Of a stretch of DNA of 64,000 nt, positions 41,643-52,393 are shown piece after piece. The notes beneath the pieces are model-generated. The model was not told the DNA's origin. It was given only the letters and a program-made list of their open reading frames with translations, and searched no databases. Numbering within the stretch: the stretch's first letter is position 1; each line of letters starts with the position of its first letter. Source of the stretch: an uncultured Planctomycetaceae bacterium (GTDB taxonomy: Bacteria > Planctomycetota > Planctomycetia > Isosphaerales > Isosphaeraceae); NCBI GenBank assembly GCA_963833985.1, contig CAWIAD010000001.1, positions 864,001 to 928,000 on the forward strand, in the 5' to 3' direction. The translations under genes and the position numbers were made by a program.

Positions 41643-42678
41643 TCAATGGCCGGCGGCCACTGCGCGCGGCAGGTCCTCCCGGTTCACAAGCCAGGGATGA
41701 TCAAGCAAGTCTTTGGTGTGGGTGTTGCTGCCCAGTCCCCACTTGCTGTCCCACGAGAGAAAGAAGCCCGCGCGGGGAAAGTGCGTCTCGATCCCGTCGC
41801 GGAACCGGCGATAGTCATAATCTCCTGGAGGCCTTTGTGGCCCGTGCGGGCCGAACTCGGTGAACCCGAACGGCTTGGGCATCGCAGCGACTTCCGGATA
41901 GCCGTGGATGTGTTCCGGGTCGACAAAGTCGGTGTAGGCGTCCAGGCCGACCACATCGACGTAGGCATCGCCGGCGTAATAGTCGGCCGTGTGCTTGCCG
42001 TGGTTGGGCCCGTAAACCCAGAGCAGGTTGTTCAGTCCCCTGGTTTTCGTGAAGTCGTCGAACATGTGCCGCCACACGCGAATGAACTGCTCGGGCGGCC
42101 TGGCTCCCCACCAGAACCAGTCGCCATTGACCTCGTGGAATGGCCGCCAGAGAACGACCACGTTCTCGCGCTGCAACTCGGCCAGTCCGGCGGCCAGCGT
42201 GTCGAGCTCGCGCATCCACCGCTTGTGGGTTTCGGTACCGGGGTCGAGCAGCGTCTCGAGATTCACGCCCTTGTCACGTAATCCGCCGCCCCGCGGGTTG
42301 GCGGGGTTGTAGAGGTCGAGCGCTGATGGTGACCAGCCCGCCCTTGCGGGCATAGTCGATGGCCAGGCGGTTCACGGCGGTATAATCGAGCCCTCCGGTG
42401 CGGAACTCGGCGTAATCCAGGCCGATCATGGCCGGCCAGTGCCCCGTCTTTTCGTAGGCAGACTCGCAGGCCCTGAGCAACGCGCCGGTGCCGAAGCCGG
42501 CGAACTGCCCGGAGAGCAGCCGCTTCTCGGACCGCCCGGGGAGCGACTCCAGCAGGTTCAGGACCGCCCTGGCCCGCGGATTGGCGTGCGGATTGGCCGG
42601 CTCTGCGGCTGCGCAAATCTCAGTGTTGAGCCAGCCGGAAGCCAGCAGGCCGATCGTGATCCAGCAACAGGCCTTCAT
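41643..42678 (-). CDS. Glycoside hydrolase family 26 (beta-mannanase-like), frameshift ~42318
   Basis: WRPFHEVNGDWFWWG, YYAGDAYVDVVGLDAY, KPFGFTEFG; N-terminal part lies in ORF 42274..42678. Confidence 0.88.
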
Positions 42679-44032
42679 GTTTTTCTCCTTCAGCGTGAGT
42701 CACCGTGACCGGTGCGTGGGGCAGGTCATCGCGCACCACATTGCCGCCCTTCATGACGAACTGGACGTGCTCCAGCTCCTCGATCTTCTCCAGCGGGTTG
42801 CCGCGGCAGGCGACGATGTCGGCGAGCTTGCCCGGCTCGATGGCACCGAGGTCCTGTTCGGACTGAAGCAGTTCCGCGGCGACGGTCGTGGCCGACTGGA
42901 TCGCCTGCATCGGCGTCTGGCCGTAGCGGACCATGTAGGCGAACTCCTTGGCCTGGTTCTCGGTCCAGGCATAGCCGCCGGCGTCGGTGCCGTAGGCGAT
43001 CTTGACCCCCTTCTTGAGCGCCATGCCAAAGGCCTGCCGCTCGAGGTCGACCATGGCCTTCCAGATGGGTGCGCCGGCCGCCGAGCGTCCCTCGGCCACG
43101 TACACGCCCACGTAGATGGTCGGGCACCAGTAGACGCCCCGGCGCACCATGATGTCCATCGTCTCGTCGTCCAGGCCGTCTCCGTGCTCGATCGAATCCA
43201 CTCCCGCCTGGAGCGCGGCCATGATGCCGTCGCGGCCCATGGCGTGCGCGGCCACGCGGCGGTCGAGACGATGGGCCTCGTCGACGATCGCCTTGATCTC
43301 CTCGGGCGTGAAATTCACCTTGCTGCGCAGCTTGCCATTCTCAAGGTAATACTTCCGATCGCTGTAGAACTTGATCCAGTCAGCGCCGTGCTTCACCTGC
43401 TCGCGCACGGCCTTGCGAATCTCGTCCGGGCCGTCCACGATCTGTACGCCTTCGGGCACCTTCAGCTCCCACGAATATCCGAGCAAGGGATACATCCCCG
43501 TCGCCGACAGCGCCCGCGTGGAGACGAACATCCGCGGGCCGGGAATGATGCCCCGGGCAATGGCTCGTTTCAGGTCCACGTCGGCGTACATCGCGCCTTC
43601 GGTCTCCAGGTCGCGGATCGCCGTGAAGCCGTTCTGAAGCGCCGTCCGCGCCGCCATGGTGGCGCGGATGGTCCGGAACGGGATCGACTCCTTGAGCAGT
43701 TGCTCGTCGTAGTCGGCCTGGGTGATGTCACCCTGGAGCAGCACGTGCGTATGGGCGTCGATCAGACCCGGCAAGACCGTCGCGCTGGACAGGTCGATGA
43801 GCTCGGCAGGAACTGGCACCGGCACTTCGGCGGCAGGCCCGACCCGCTTGATACGCTCTCCCTCGATCACGATATGCTGGTCGGTGAGCACTCGGCCCGC
43901 ACGCGTGTCGATGAGCCGGCCGGCCTTGATGACCGTCGTCTTTGATGCTCTCGCGGGCTCCTCTCCGGCCTGTGCATGACTCGCGGCGATCAGCGCCAGA
44001 CCGGTGAGGAACGTGGTGGCTTTCCAGCTCAT
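42620..44032 (-). CDS. Amidohydrolase family protein (Xaa-Pro dipeptidase-like)
   Basis: PGLIDAHTH, GADWIK, VAAHA, SIEHG, GTDAG, GKLADIV. Confidence 0.92.
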   Translation of the reverse strand: MSWKATTFLTGLALIAASHAQAGEEPARASKTTVIKAGRLIDTRAGRVLTDQHIVIEGERIKRVGPAAEVPVPVPAELIDLSSATVLPGLIDAHTHVLLQGDITQADYDEQLLKESIPFRTIRATMAARTALQNGFTAIRDLETEGAMYADVDLKRAIARGIIPGPRMFVSTRALSATGMYPLLGYSWELKVPEGVQIVDGPDEIRKAVREQVKHGADWIKFYSDRKYYLENGKLRSKVNFTPEEIKAIVDEAHRLDRRVAAHAMGRDGIMAALQAGVDSIEHGDGLDDETMDIMVRRGVYWCPTIYVGVYVAEGRSAAGAPIWKAMVDLERQAFGMALKKGVKIAYGTDAGGYAWTENQAKEFAYMVRYGQTPMQAIQSATTVAAELLQSEQDLGAIEPGKLADIVACRGNPLEKIEELEHVQFVMKGGNVVRDDLPHAPVTVTHAEGEKHEGLLLDHDRPAGFRLAQH

Positions 44033-44158
44033 GAGATGCGGCTCCAGGGTGTGGGAAAGTGCCCATTATCTCACGGAACGTGGCACAGTCCAGGGGCGCG
44101 GGGCACCGGGCACAGCCGGCCAGCCTGGCCGGGACGCTTCCGCAGGCCGGTCAGGAGG

Positions 44159-44914
44159 TCAGCTTTGCACGGGAGGGCAGGGGAATTCGAGGATGAGGAA
44201 CGGCGGCTTTTCGGGGTGGGTGCGCCGCATGAGCGGAAGTGACACGTTGTAGACCGGTACCCCGGTTGCGGTGCTTCCCTCAGGGCTACCGTTGTGCGCA
44301 TGCCCGTGCACGACGGCCGAGACCGGATGGCGGTTCAGGGGCTCCTCCAGGCGGCCGCACCCCAGGAATGGCAGAATCTCGACCGGCTCGTTCTCGACGG
44401 TCGCCCGGATCGGAGCGTAATGCAGCACGGCGACCCGGCTGCTGGTGCGCAACCGCGCCAGGGCGGATTCGAGCTTCATCGCCTCGTCGATCGCCTCCTG
44501 GACAAACGCCTTGATGGGCTTTTCACCCCAGGCGCCGAGCGTGCCACGCCCGAAGCCGCCGGCAAACCCCTTGGCGCCCGCGAAGCCCACTCCCTTGATC
44601 TCGACGGCGTCGCCATCGAGCAGGTTCCACCCCGCGTCCGTGAGGATCTGCTGGACCACATCCTCATGCCCGGACTCGAAGTCGTGATTCCCGAGCACCG
44701 CGACGATCGGCACCTTCGAAACCACGGAAAGCTCCGCGACAAGCAGGCGGGCTTCCTCCGGCAGGCCATAATCCGTCAGGTCGCCGCACAGCACCAGCAC
44801 GTCCGCGAACTCGTCGGCGGTCTCGAAGAGCGGCCTGAACTGTCCCTGCGAATTCCTGCCGCAGTGCAGGTCCCCGACCGCCGCAACTCGCACGACCGTA
44901 TCCGGACCGGGCAT
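44159..44914 (-). CDS. Calcineurin-like metallophosphoesterase
   Basis: GDLH, CGDLTD, LGNHD, LHY, HGHAH motifs. Confidence 0.92.
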   Translation of the reverse strand: MPGPDTVVRVAAVGDLHCGRNSQGQFRPLFETADEFADVLVLCGDLTDYGLPEEARLLVAELSVVSKVPIVAVLGNHDFESGHEDVVQQILTDAGWNLLDGDAVEIKGVGFAGAKGFAGGFGRGTLGAWGEKPIKAFVQEAIDEAMKLESALARLRTSSRVAVLHYAPIRATVENEPVEILPFLGCGRLEEPLNRHPVSAVVHGHAHNGSPEGSTATGVPVYNVSLPLMRRTHPEKPPFLILEFPCPPVQS

Positions 44915-44980
44915 CACTCTCTCCGCATGCACGAATCATCGCGCGCCGTCAGCAGGCTGCGACACCGGCCGATTTACGCC

Positions 44981-45015
44981 GGCAAAGTGCGTGCCCAAAT
45001 GGCACTGGCTTTGCG
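44981..45015. promoter_or_regulatory. Back-to-back sigma-54-like (-24/-12) promoters
   Basis: Plus strand TGGCAC-TGGCT-TTGCG (45000-45015); minus strand GGGCAC-GCACT-TTGCC (44996-44981); 3 nt apart. Confidence 0.65.
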
Positions 45016-45065
45016 AACGCTGGAACCGGATGACCGATCGCAAGCATTTCGAGGGCCGTTCGGCG

Positions 45066-45866
45066 ATGGACCTGGCACCGGTGGAACTGGACCCGACGAC
45101 GCGTGAATTCTACGTCCGCACCCTGGCGGTCCTCAATCAGGCGGGGCTGCCCTACCTGGTCGGAGGCGCCTTCGCGCTGGCCAGGCACGCGGGGATCGAG
45201 CGGCACACGAAAGACCTGGACGTCTTCGTGCGCAGGCGCGATCGCGACCGGACCCTCCGGGCGCTCGCCGGTGCGGGCTATCGCACCGAGGTCTCGTTCC
45301 CGCACTGGCTGGCCAAGGCGTTCGGCGAGGATGCACTCGTCGATATCATTTACAGCTCGGGCAACGGCGTGGCGGAGGTCGATGAAGAGTGGTTTGCCCA
45401 CGCCTCAGCAGGAGAGATCCTCGGCATCCCGGTGCGGCTCTGCCCTCCCGAGGAGATGATCTGGTCGAAGGCCTATGTCCAGGAACGAGAGCGGTTCGAC
45501 GGCGCCGATATCGCGCACCTGATACGCAGCCTGGGTGGCTCGCTGGACTGGGAACGGCTGCTGCGCCGGTTCGGGCCACACTGGCGGGTGCTTCTTGCCC
45601 ACCTCGTCTCCTTCGGTTTCATCTACCCGGACGAGCGGGCGAAGGTGCCGGCCGCGATCCTCGGCGATCTTATTCAGAGACTGGTTCGCGAGACCGAGAA
45701 CCCGGCGCCCCGGACGCACGCTTGCTACGGCACTCTGCTCTCTCGCTCGCAGTACCTCGTGGACGTCGGTGTCTGGGGATACCACGACGCCCGCCTGCAA
45801 CCCTCCGGTCCCATGTCCCCCGAGGAGGTCGAGTTCTGGACCGCAGCGATTGCCGCCAGGCCCTGA
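45066..45866 (+). CDS. Nucleotidyltransferase family protein
   Basis: YLVGGAFAL...TKDLDVF, VDIIY, ERFDGAD; Pol-beta-type DxD motif. Confidence 0.88.
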   Translation: MDLAPVELDPTTREFYVRTLAVLNQAGLPYLVGGAFALARHAGIERHTKDLDVFVRRRDRDRTLRALAGAGYRTEVSFPHWLAKAFGEDALVDIIYSSGNGVAEVDEEWFAHASAGEILGIPVRLCPPEEMIWSKAYVQERERFDGADIAHLIRSLGGSLDWERLLRRFGPHWRVLLAHLVSFGFIYPDERAKVPAAILGDLIQRLVRETENPAPRTHACYGTLLSRSQYLVDVGVWGYHDARLQPSGPMSPEEVEFWTAAIAARP

Positions 45867-45923
45867 TCGAAGCCGCCGGCGCCAACAGGGTACGATCTGA
45901 CGGATCCCTGCGCGGTGAGCGCC

Positions 45924-46364
45924 TCAGGGCGTCTCGCGCTTGTAGGTGACCAGGAAGAGCTGGCTCCCCGGCTTCGAAAGGAACTCCCTGGGGCGACCCT
46001 TGCCGCTGAGGTCGTAGCAGACGCGCAAGGCGTCGCCGTCGCGCTCGTAGATCGCCAGGATGGTCTTGCCCTTGTTCGGGCCGTCCGTGCCGGTGATGTC
46101 GAGTGACTTGGGCTTCGCCGACGGGTCGAGCTTGCAGGTTCCCCGGTCGAGCTGCTCCCCCACGGTGACGGTATACTGGTCGCCCTTGATCACGAGCTTG
46201 ATCGAGGCGCGAACCTCCTCCGGGAACGCCTTCCCCGCCAGTTCCGCGGCGGACGGCCGCCAGGTGCCATCGAGCGTGGCGGGCGCTTCATCGGGGCTGC
46301 GAACGGCCTGCGCGGGAGCAAGAAGCAAGGCGCTGGCAAGCGCCAGGAGTGGTCCGCGTGTCAT
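45924..46364 (-). CDS. TIGR03067 domain protein (planctomycete)
   Basis: LDGTW, LDPSAKPKSLDI, AIYERDGDALRVCY, RPREF. Confidence 0.9.
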   Translation of the reverse strand: MTRGPLLALASALLLAPAQAVRSPDEAPATLDGTWRPSAAELAGKAFPEEVRASIKLVIKGDQYTVTVGEQLDRGTCKLDPSAKPKSLDITGTDGPNKGKTILAIYERDGDALRVCYDLSGKGRPREFLSKPGSQLFLVTYKRETP

Positions 46365-46430
46365 GAAAGTAGTACCCCTGCAAAATACTCCCCAGCTGAC
46401 CGCGCGGGCATGTTCCAGCGGTCGCCTATG

Positions 46431-47357
46431 CTACGGCACACCTGTGGTCCCGACAATGATATCAACGAAATCCGCGTCTGCAAGCCTTTCCATCTGGGTC
46501 ATCCAGTTCCGGCGCGGAAGGACGAGGTCGCCTGCGGCGTCGGGGAAGGGACGAGTGGTGATGTTGAAGTCACCGATGTTCTCTCGGAACGCCGTGCCGC
46601 GAATGCCCGTGGCGAAACCGCCAGGGAAAGCCTTCGGGTCCAGGAACACCGCGTTGGTGCCGCTGCTGTCCACAGTCACGAAGCTGTACCCGTACGGCTC
46701 CAGCAAGGCACGCCAGCCCGCGACGGACACGCCGTAGAAGAGCCAGGTAGGGTGCTCGCCGAAACGGAGGAAATCTTTTTTGTAAGGGACCGTGACGGCC
46801 CGCTCGGGACCGAATGCACTGTTGTATTCGACAATGATTGCCTTCGGGCGGAAGCCCATCTCGATGACCTGCTTCATCACATAGTAATCGATGCCGTCGA
46901 TGTCCAGGACGAAGACGTCCGGGTCTTCGTAGGGGCACATTTTCATGAGGCTCGCCACATTCTCGGCATCGACCATCAAATGGATGGGGTGCACATTCCA
47001 GACTCGGCCTTCCAGGGACTGCCGGCAGCGGTCGCTCAGCACCGGGTTGCCCTCGACCATCACCCCCGCGTACCCCCGTGCGTGCGCAAGCCACGCACTA
47101 CAGTTTTCCAGCCCGTCCGCCGAGCCGATCTCCATGAAGAAACGATTCCGCGACACCATCTGCGAGCACAGGTAGTCGAGGATGCCGTCTTCGCCGTGCT
47201 GGCTGAAACCGGCAAATTCCCAGGTGTCGGGATTGGTCGGATCAATGGTGCGAATCGCGGCCGTCGCAGCCGCCCGCGAGTAGGCGGCCGCCAGTCGAAT
47301 ATCTGTTTCCCTACGCCTGACGTAGCTCCGGGCTCTGGTGATGAGGCTTTTTCGCAT
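46431..47357 (-). CDS. FkbM-like SAM-methyltransferase-fold protein
   Basis: FSQHGEDGIL, FMEIG, LDIDGIDY, IVEYN, YGVS, GTNAVF. Confidence 0.75.
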   Translation of the reverse strand: MRKSLITRARSYVRRRETDIRLAAAYSRAAATAAIRTIDPTNPDTWEFAGFSQHGEDGILDYLCSQMVSRNRFFMEIGSADGLENCSAWLAHARGYAGVMVEGNPVLSDRCRQSLEGRVWNVHPIHLMVDAENVASLMKMCPYEDPDVFVLDIDGIDYYVMKQVIEMGFRPKAIIVEYNSAFGPERAVTVPYKKDFLRFGEHPTWLFYGVSVAGWRALLEPYGYSFVTVDSSGTNAVFLDPKAFPGGFATGIRGTAFRENIGDFNITTRPFPDAAGDLVLPRRNWMTQMERLADADFVDIIVGTTGVP

Positions 47358-47555
47358 AGCACATCTCCGGAACTACGACTCGATCGCGCGTCATCGAGGC
47401 ACTTTCTCCGGCGCGCGATGGTCCATGCGACGAGGCCCGATTCTGAGCCCGCAGGGGCGGTCCGTCAAGCGAGTGGAACCCGCCATCGGCTGATCGACAC
47501 CGAGTGACCCCGCGCGAGCTGAAATCAAGGCCGCTGGTGAAGGAAACAGGTTCAA

Positions 47556-48980
47556 TCAGCACACGCGGGTGGTCCTCAGGCCCAGCAGGTTCCCCAGCTT
47601 TTCGAGCTTCGAGGCCAGGTGGCCGACACCCACGGCGCAGTGGTGCGCGGGGCCGGCCGCGTTCCATGACTCGACAAACCGCCGTGCGCCCAGAGAGAAG
47701 CGGTAGCGGCTGTTGGTGTTGCCGATCTTGAGGATGGGGCCGGAGACCGATTCGCCCTCGGCCGTCAGCAGCTCAAGCCGGCCGTCAGCGGCCTGGACCA
47801 CCGAGAGCAGCGTGACCGGCCCGTGCCGTACCGACATCTCCACGGAGAGCCCCCGGCCGACCTTGCCGTGGTATACCTGAAGCGGCCGGACCCTGGTCTT
47901 CCCCTCGGCGATGGCGATATGCCCCGGACCGTCGTGCCCCATCAGCACCACGTCGTCGCGATAGTCCAGGGCGTAGTACTCGGTGAACGAGCCGCCCGCT
48001 CCGAACGTGTCAAGGATCTTCATCGCCTGCACGTTCTTGATCTCGAGCTCTCCCGCCGCGGGGATGCCTCGTGCGGTCAGGAGCGAGGTGCCCAGGATGA
48101 TGGAGCTGATTGCGTCCTCGTTTTCGGGGTTGCCCGCTCCCATGTAGTAGTAGGCCAGCGAGCCAAGCTCGTGCCGTGTCACCAGCCGGTCGAGCGCCAG
48201 CGAGGTTCGAGCCGCGCGTTCCAGCTCGGTGGCCGGGCAATCGGGCTGCACGTCGAAGGCCTCGCGGAACAGGGCCACGCGCTCATGGATCTCGGGCTGG
48301 CTGACCGCGGTCCGCAGGCTGGCCAGCTCGTCCACCTCGAGCATCTCCACGTGCCCACCGAGCTGAGCGCAGTGGACCGTCAGGTCGGAGTAAACGTCGA
48401 GCATGCCGCCGTAGTAATGGCCCATCACGCCGAGCCGGTTGTGCTCCATGACGTGAGCCACGCGTGCCGCATCAATCCAGGAGTTCACCTCATTCCAGCA
48501 GGCGGGATCATCGTCGAGCGTGCCGGTCACCTGGTGGAACGGAATCCGCGCTCTCTGGAACACGCTGGCGATCTCCGGAGCGGGGCAGGCCGCGCAGTAG
48601 GCGAGCCACTCGCCGGTCATGCGCGTGCGGTCGCCCAGGGCGTTGAATTCCGCGTAGTTGATCGCCGGGGCAGGCTGAAGGTTCAGGAGGATGACCGGCA
48701 CCCTGGCGCGGCGCACGACCGGCAGCACCGTGGAGGACAGGGCATAGGTGGTGATGTGCAGGAAGATCAGGTCGACATCGGCCCGGCGAAAGGCGTGGCC
48801 GGCTTCAAGGGCCTTCGGCGGGGAATCGACCAGACCCACGTTCACAACCTCGGCTCCGGACCGCCTGAGCTTTTGCTCGACTCGTTCCAGGTATCCCTGG
48901 AGACGCTCCTTCAGGCCGGCGAATTGCGGCCAGTAAGCATCCAGGCCGATCCCGAAGAGTCCGATCCGGAGCGTGGTCAT
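47556..48980 (-). CDS. L-fucose/L-arabinose isomerase family protein
   Basis: IGLFGIGLDAYWPQF, GELEIKN, GSFTEY, GHDGPGH, GPAHH; likely start ATG 48980. Confidence 0.9.
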   Translation of the reverse strand: MTTLRIGLFGIGLDAYWPQFAGLKERLQGYLERVEQKLRRSGAEVVNVGLVDSPPKALEAGHAFRRADVDLIFLHITTYALSSTVLPVVRRARVPVILLNLQPAPAINYAEFNALGDRTRMTGEWLAYCAACPAPEIASVFQRARIPFHQVTGTLDDDPACWNEVNSWIDAARVAHVMEHNRLGVMGHYYGGMLDVYSDLTVHCAQLGGHVEMLEVDELASLRTAVSQPEIHERVALFREAFDVQPDCPATELERAARTSLALDRLVTRHELGSLAYYYMGAGNPENEDAISSIILGTSLLTARGIPAAGELEIKNVQAMKILDTFGAGGSFTEYYALDYRDDVVLMGHDGPGHIAIAEGKTRVRPLQVYHGKVGRGLSVEMSVRHGPVTLLSVVQAADGRLELLTAEGESVSGPILKIGNTNSRYRFSLGARRFVESWNAAGPAHHCAVGVGHLASKLEKLGNLLGLRTTRVC

Positions 48981-49232
48981 GATGCCAGAATCCCCGTCGC
49001 GGCTACGGGTACGCACCGCCCGTGGCCGCCATGGCCGCGGAAGTGAGGGAGCTTCAACGCCTGCGCCCATCGTAATCCCCGGGTCGGCCCGGCGGTAGAA
49101 GCCAGCGTTCTCCATGAATCTGCTGATGGAGGTATCTTTCCCGCCACTGATGTTAGAATGATATCTGGCCCCGTCCAGCCCGCTGGACGGCAGCACCGCA
49201 CGTTCCACTCATCGCCGCGCAGGAGACACGAA

Positions 49233-50163
49233 ATGAGTGCCTTGCCCCATTTCCCACGGATTCGCGTGGGTGATCCCATTCACCACGAACACCTGACGCT
49301 GTTCCCGATCTTTGCCGAGGGGACGGCCGACACCCCCGTCGATTACATGCTTGCTGACGAGGCGGTTTCTGACGGGACCGTGACGGTCGAGGAGGTCAGC
49401 GAGTCGGGCTCGGTGCCCACACTCCGCGTTCACAACCGGGGCGATCGGCGGGTCCTCTTCCTGGAGGGAGAACAGCTCAAAGGGGCCAAGCAGAACCGCG
49501 TCCTGAACACCTCGGTGCTGATCGCGGGCGGGGCCACGATCACGATCCCGGTGAGCTGCGTCGAGCGAGGACGCTGGCGGTCCCTCTCGCCGCAGTTCAG
49601 TTCCAGCTCGAGCTACTCCTCGCCCAAATTGAGGCAACAGCTCAAGGGGTCGGTCAGCCGGTCGCTGCGCGAAGGGCACGGGCACACTTCCGATCAGCAA
49701 TCCGTGTGGCGCGAGATCCAGCGCAAGATCGAGCGCGCTCGGGTCAAGCTCCGAGACCGACGCCATGGAGGACATGTACGTGAGCCACTCCGGCCGGCTC
49801 AAGGAGTACCAGGAGCGGCTCGGCTATGTCGAGGGAGCGACCGGCCTGGCCGTCGCGATCGGGCCGAAGGTCGTGGCGATCGATCTGTTCGACAAGCCGT
49901 CGACCTGCCGCAAGACCTGGGACCGGTTGCTCTCGGGCCTGGTCATGGACGCTCTCGAGGAGGGAGAAGATTCCCAGCAACCCCCGGCGGGAGCGGTGGA
50001 CGCATTCTTGAAGGCGCTGGAATCCGCCCCCTGGCAAGAGACCCCGGCAGTGGGCGTCGGCCAAGAATTCCGCAGCGATCTCGTCCCTGCGACGCACGCC
50101 TCCGCCCTCATGTTCGAGGACTGCGTACTTCATGGCAGCGCGGTCGTCGGCGGGGCGGACTGA
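49233..50163 (+). CDS. ARPP-1 (DUF6569) domain protein, frameshift ~49729
   Basis: AGGAG RBS; EVSESGSVP, GEQLKGAKQNRVLN, VSCVERGRW, DQQSVW; C-terminal half in ORF 49765..50163. Confidence 0.82.
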
Positions 50164-50253
50164 GGGCCTTCGCTTTCCGGAGCCGCCGGCACGCCGGCTG
50201 CGTGCGACCTTTGTTCGCTGAATCGGCAAACGCCCCCACGAGGAGAAGCCGCC

Positions 50254-50808
50254 ACGAAAGCCGCGTCCCGGGGTTCCGGCACGGCATATTTGTCGTGCTG
50301 GGCCGACCTGGACTATTGCGGCGAGCTGGATGATCCGGGGCAAGGGCTCACCGATGAGCAGGCCATTCGCTTCGCGGTGAGCCGCACGAGCGCCGATCCG
50401 TTCGCGATCGAGCACCACAGGGAACAGCAGGTGCACCGAATGGCTGAGGTCAGGCTGCTGCACGTCGGTATCGGCAACTCCAGCCTGGCCTTGCGGCTCC
50501 ATCAACTGTGCCGGTCGATAAGCACGGCACGGACCTCGTCCGCACCCTGGAGCCCGGCTATGCCTGGATCATCGACAACAACCCCACCAGCTTCGCCTGC
50601 TGCCGCTTTCATCACGCCAGGATCCTGGAAAACGACCGCTGGGCCAGACGCCGGGGGCCAGGTGCTCACCCACGCACGCGGCCTCGCCTGGGTCGCCGCC
50701 GATCCCCGCTGGCACGCCACCGAAGTAGACCTGATGACCGCCGCGCACCGGTTCGGATTCCAGGGTCGCTGGCTTGAAAACAACTTCCTGACGCTCGAGC
50801 GATCCTGA
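50254..50808 (+). pseudogene. Degenerate hypothetical gene (methyltransferase-like motif)
   Basis: AGGAG followed by an in-frame ACG instead of ATG; LLHVGIGNSSLA motif; protein-like segments switch frame at ~50515 and ~50650. Confidence 0.4.
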
Positions 50809-50883
50809 GCGATCGCGGCCGGGGCAGTGCCGCGCGCTGGCGAGGCACGCGGACGGCGCCGGCCTGGCCCCAGGGAAAGGAGG

Positions 50884-52368
50884 CTACGCCACGATTTCGT
50901 GGACCACCTTGCCATGCACGTCGGTCAGGCGGTAATCGCGGCCGGCGTAGCGGAAGGTGAACTGCTCGTGGTTGAAGCCCAGGAGGTGAAGGATCGTGGC
51001 GTGCAGGTCGTGGACGTGGACCGGCTTCTCGACGGCCTTGAATCCCAGCTCGTCGGTGGCGCCGTGGATGTGACCGCCCTTGACGCCACCGCCGGCCATC
51101 CACATGGTGAAGCCGTAATGGTTGTGGTCCCGGCCATTCATCTTGCCCTGGTTCGAGCCGGGCGTGGGCAGCTCGACGGTCGGCGTGCGGCCGAACTCGC
51201 CGCCCCAGACCACCAGCGTGTCCTCGAGCATTCCGCGCTGTTTCAGGTCCTTCAGAAACGCTCCGATGGCCTGGTCGCACTCGCGACCGAGCTTGCGATG
51301 GCCGGCCTCCAGGTCGTCGTGATGGTCCCAGGGCTGGCCCTCGCCGTGCCAGAGCTGGACGAAACGGACCCCGCGTTCGAGCAGCCGGCGCGTGGCCAGA
51401 AGCTGGCGGGCGTGGACGCCGGGGCCGTACATCGCCCGGATGCTCTCCGGCTCCTGGCTGACGTCAAACGCTTCGGCGGCGTCGGATTGCATGCGGTAGG
51501 CCAGCTCGAACGACTGGATGCGCGCCTCCAGCTCGGACTCGTGACCGTGCTGGTCCAGGTGCCGGCGGTTCAGCTCGGCCAGCAGGTCGAGCTGTGCGCG
51601 CTGGGTTCTGGGACTTACTCCGCGGTTGCGGATGTGCGCGATCAGTTTTTCGATGTCCGTGTACTTGCTGTCGAGGTACGTCCCCTGGTAGATACCCGGC
51701 AGGAAACCGGACTGCCAGTTCTGCGACTCGGCAATGGGATAGCCGTTGGGGCACATGACCAGGAACCCTGGCAGGTTCTGGTTCTCGGTTCCCAGGCCGT
51801 AGAGCACCCACGAGCCCAGGCTGGGCCGGGCCTGGCGGGCCTCGCCGCAGTTCATGAGCATGAGCGAGGGTTCGTGGTTGGGCACATCGGCGTGCATCGA
51901 GCGCACGACGCAGATCTCGTCAATCATCTCGGCCGTGCGGGCGAAGATCTCGGAGACCTCGATGCCGCTCTGCCCGTACCTGCGGAAGCGGTAGGGGGAG
52001 CGGAACGCGGCGCCCGTCTTGCGCTCGGTGGGCAAGTGAGTGCCGACCGCCTTGCCGTGATACTTCTCGAGCATGGGCTTGCGGTCGAACGTATCGACGT
52101 GCGACGGCCCGCCATTCATGAACAGGTGGACGACGCGCCGGGCACGGGCTTGCAGGGGCGGGCTCTTGGGCGACAGCGGGTTCACCGGTCCGGCAGCCGA
52201 GGGAACCACCGCGGCGGTCTGCCGATCGGCCGCGGCCGCCCTGACAGGCTTGCCCGACTCGGCCAGCAGGCTGCCCAGGGCCATGGCGCCGAAGCCGGTT
52301 CCCGAGCGGCAAAGCAACTCGCGGCGGGTGCACACCGCGTCTTGCAGCGAAAAGTCCGGGTGCGACAT
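50884..52368 (-). CDS. DUF1501 domain protein
   Basis: TRRELL, LFMNGGPSHVDTFD, RRLLERGVRFVQL, WGGEFGRTP, GRDHN, VHDLHATIL. Confidence 0.95.
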   Translation of the reverse strand: MSHPDFSLQDAVCTRRELLCRSGTGFGAMALGSLLAESGKPVRAAAADRQTAAVVPSAAGPVNPLSPKSPPLQARARRVVHLFMNGGPSHVDTFDRKPMLEKYHGKAVGTHLPTERKTGAAFRSPYRFRRYGQSGIEVSEIFARTAEMIDEICVVRSMHADVPNHEPSLMLMNCGEARQARPSLGSWVLYGLGTENQNLPGFLVMCPNGYPIAESQNWQSGFLPGIYQGTYLDSKYTDIEKLIAHIRNRGVSPRTQRAQLDLLAELNRRHLDQHGHESELEARIQSFELAYRMQSDAAEAFDVSQEPESIRAMYGPGVHARQLLATRRLLERGVRFVQLWHGEGQPWDHHDDLEAGHRKLGRECDQAIGAFLKDLKQRGMLEDTLVVWGGEFGRTPTVELPTPGSNQGKMNGRDHNHYGFTMWMAGGGVKGGHIHGATDELGFKAVEKPVHVHDLHATILHLLGFNHEQFTFRYAGRDYRLTDVHGKVVHEIVA

Positions 52369-52393
52369 GGCGCGGGCCTCCCTTATTCTTGCA

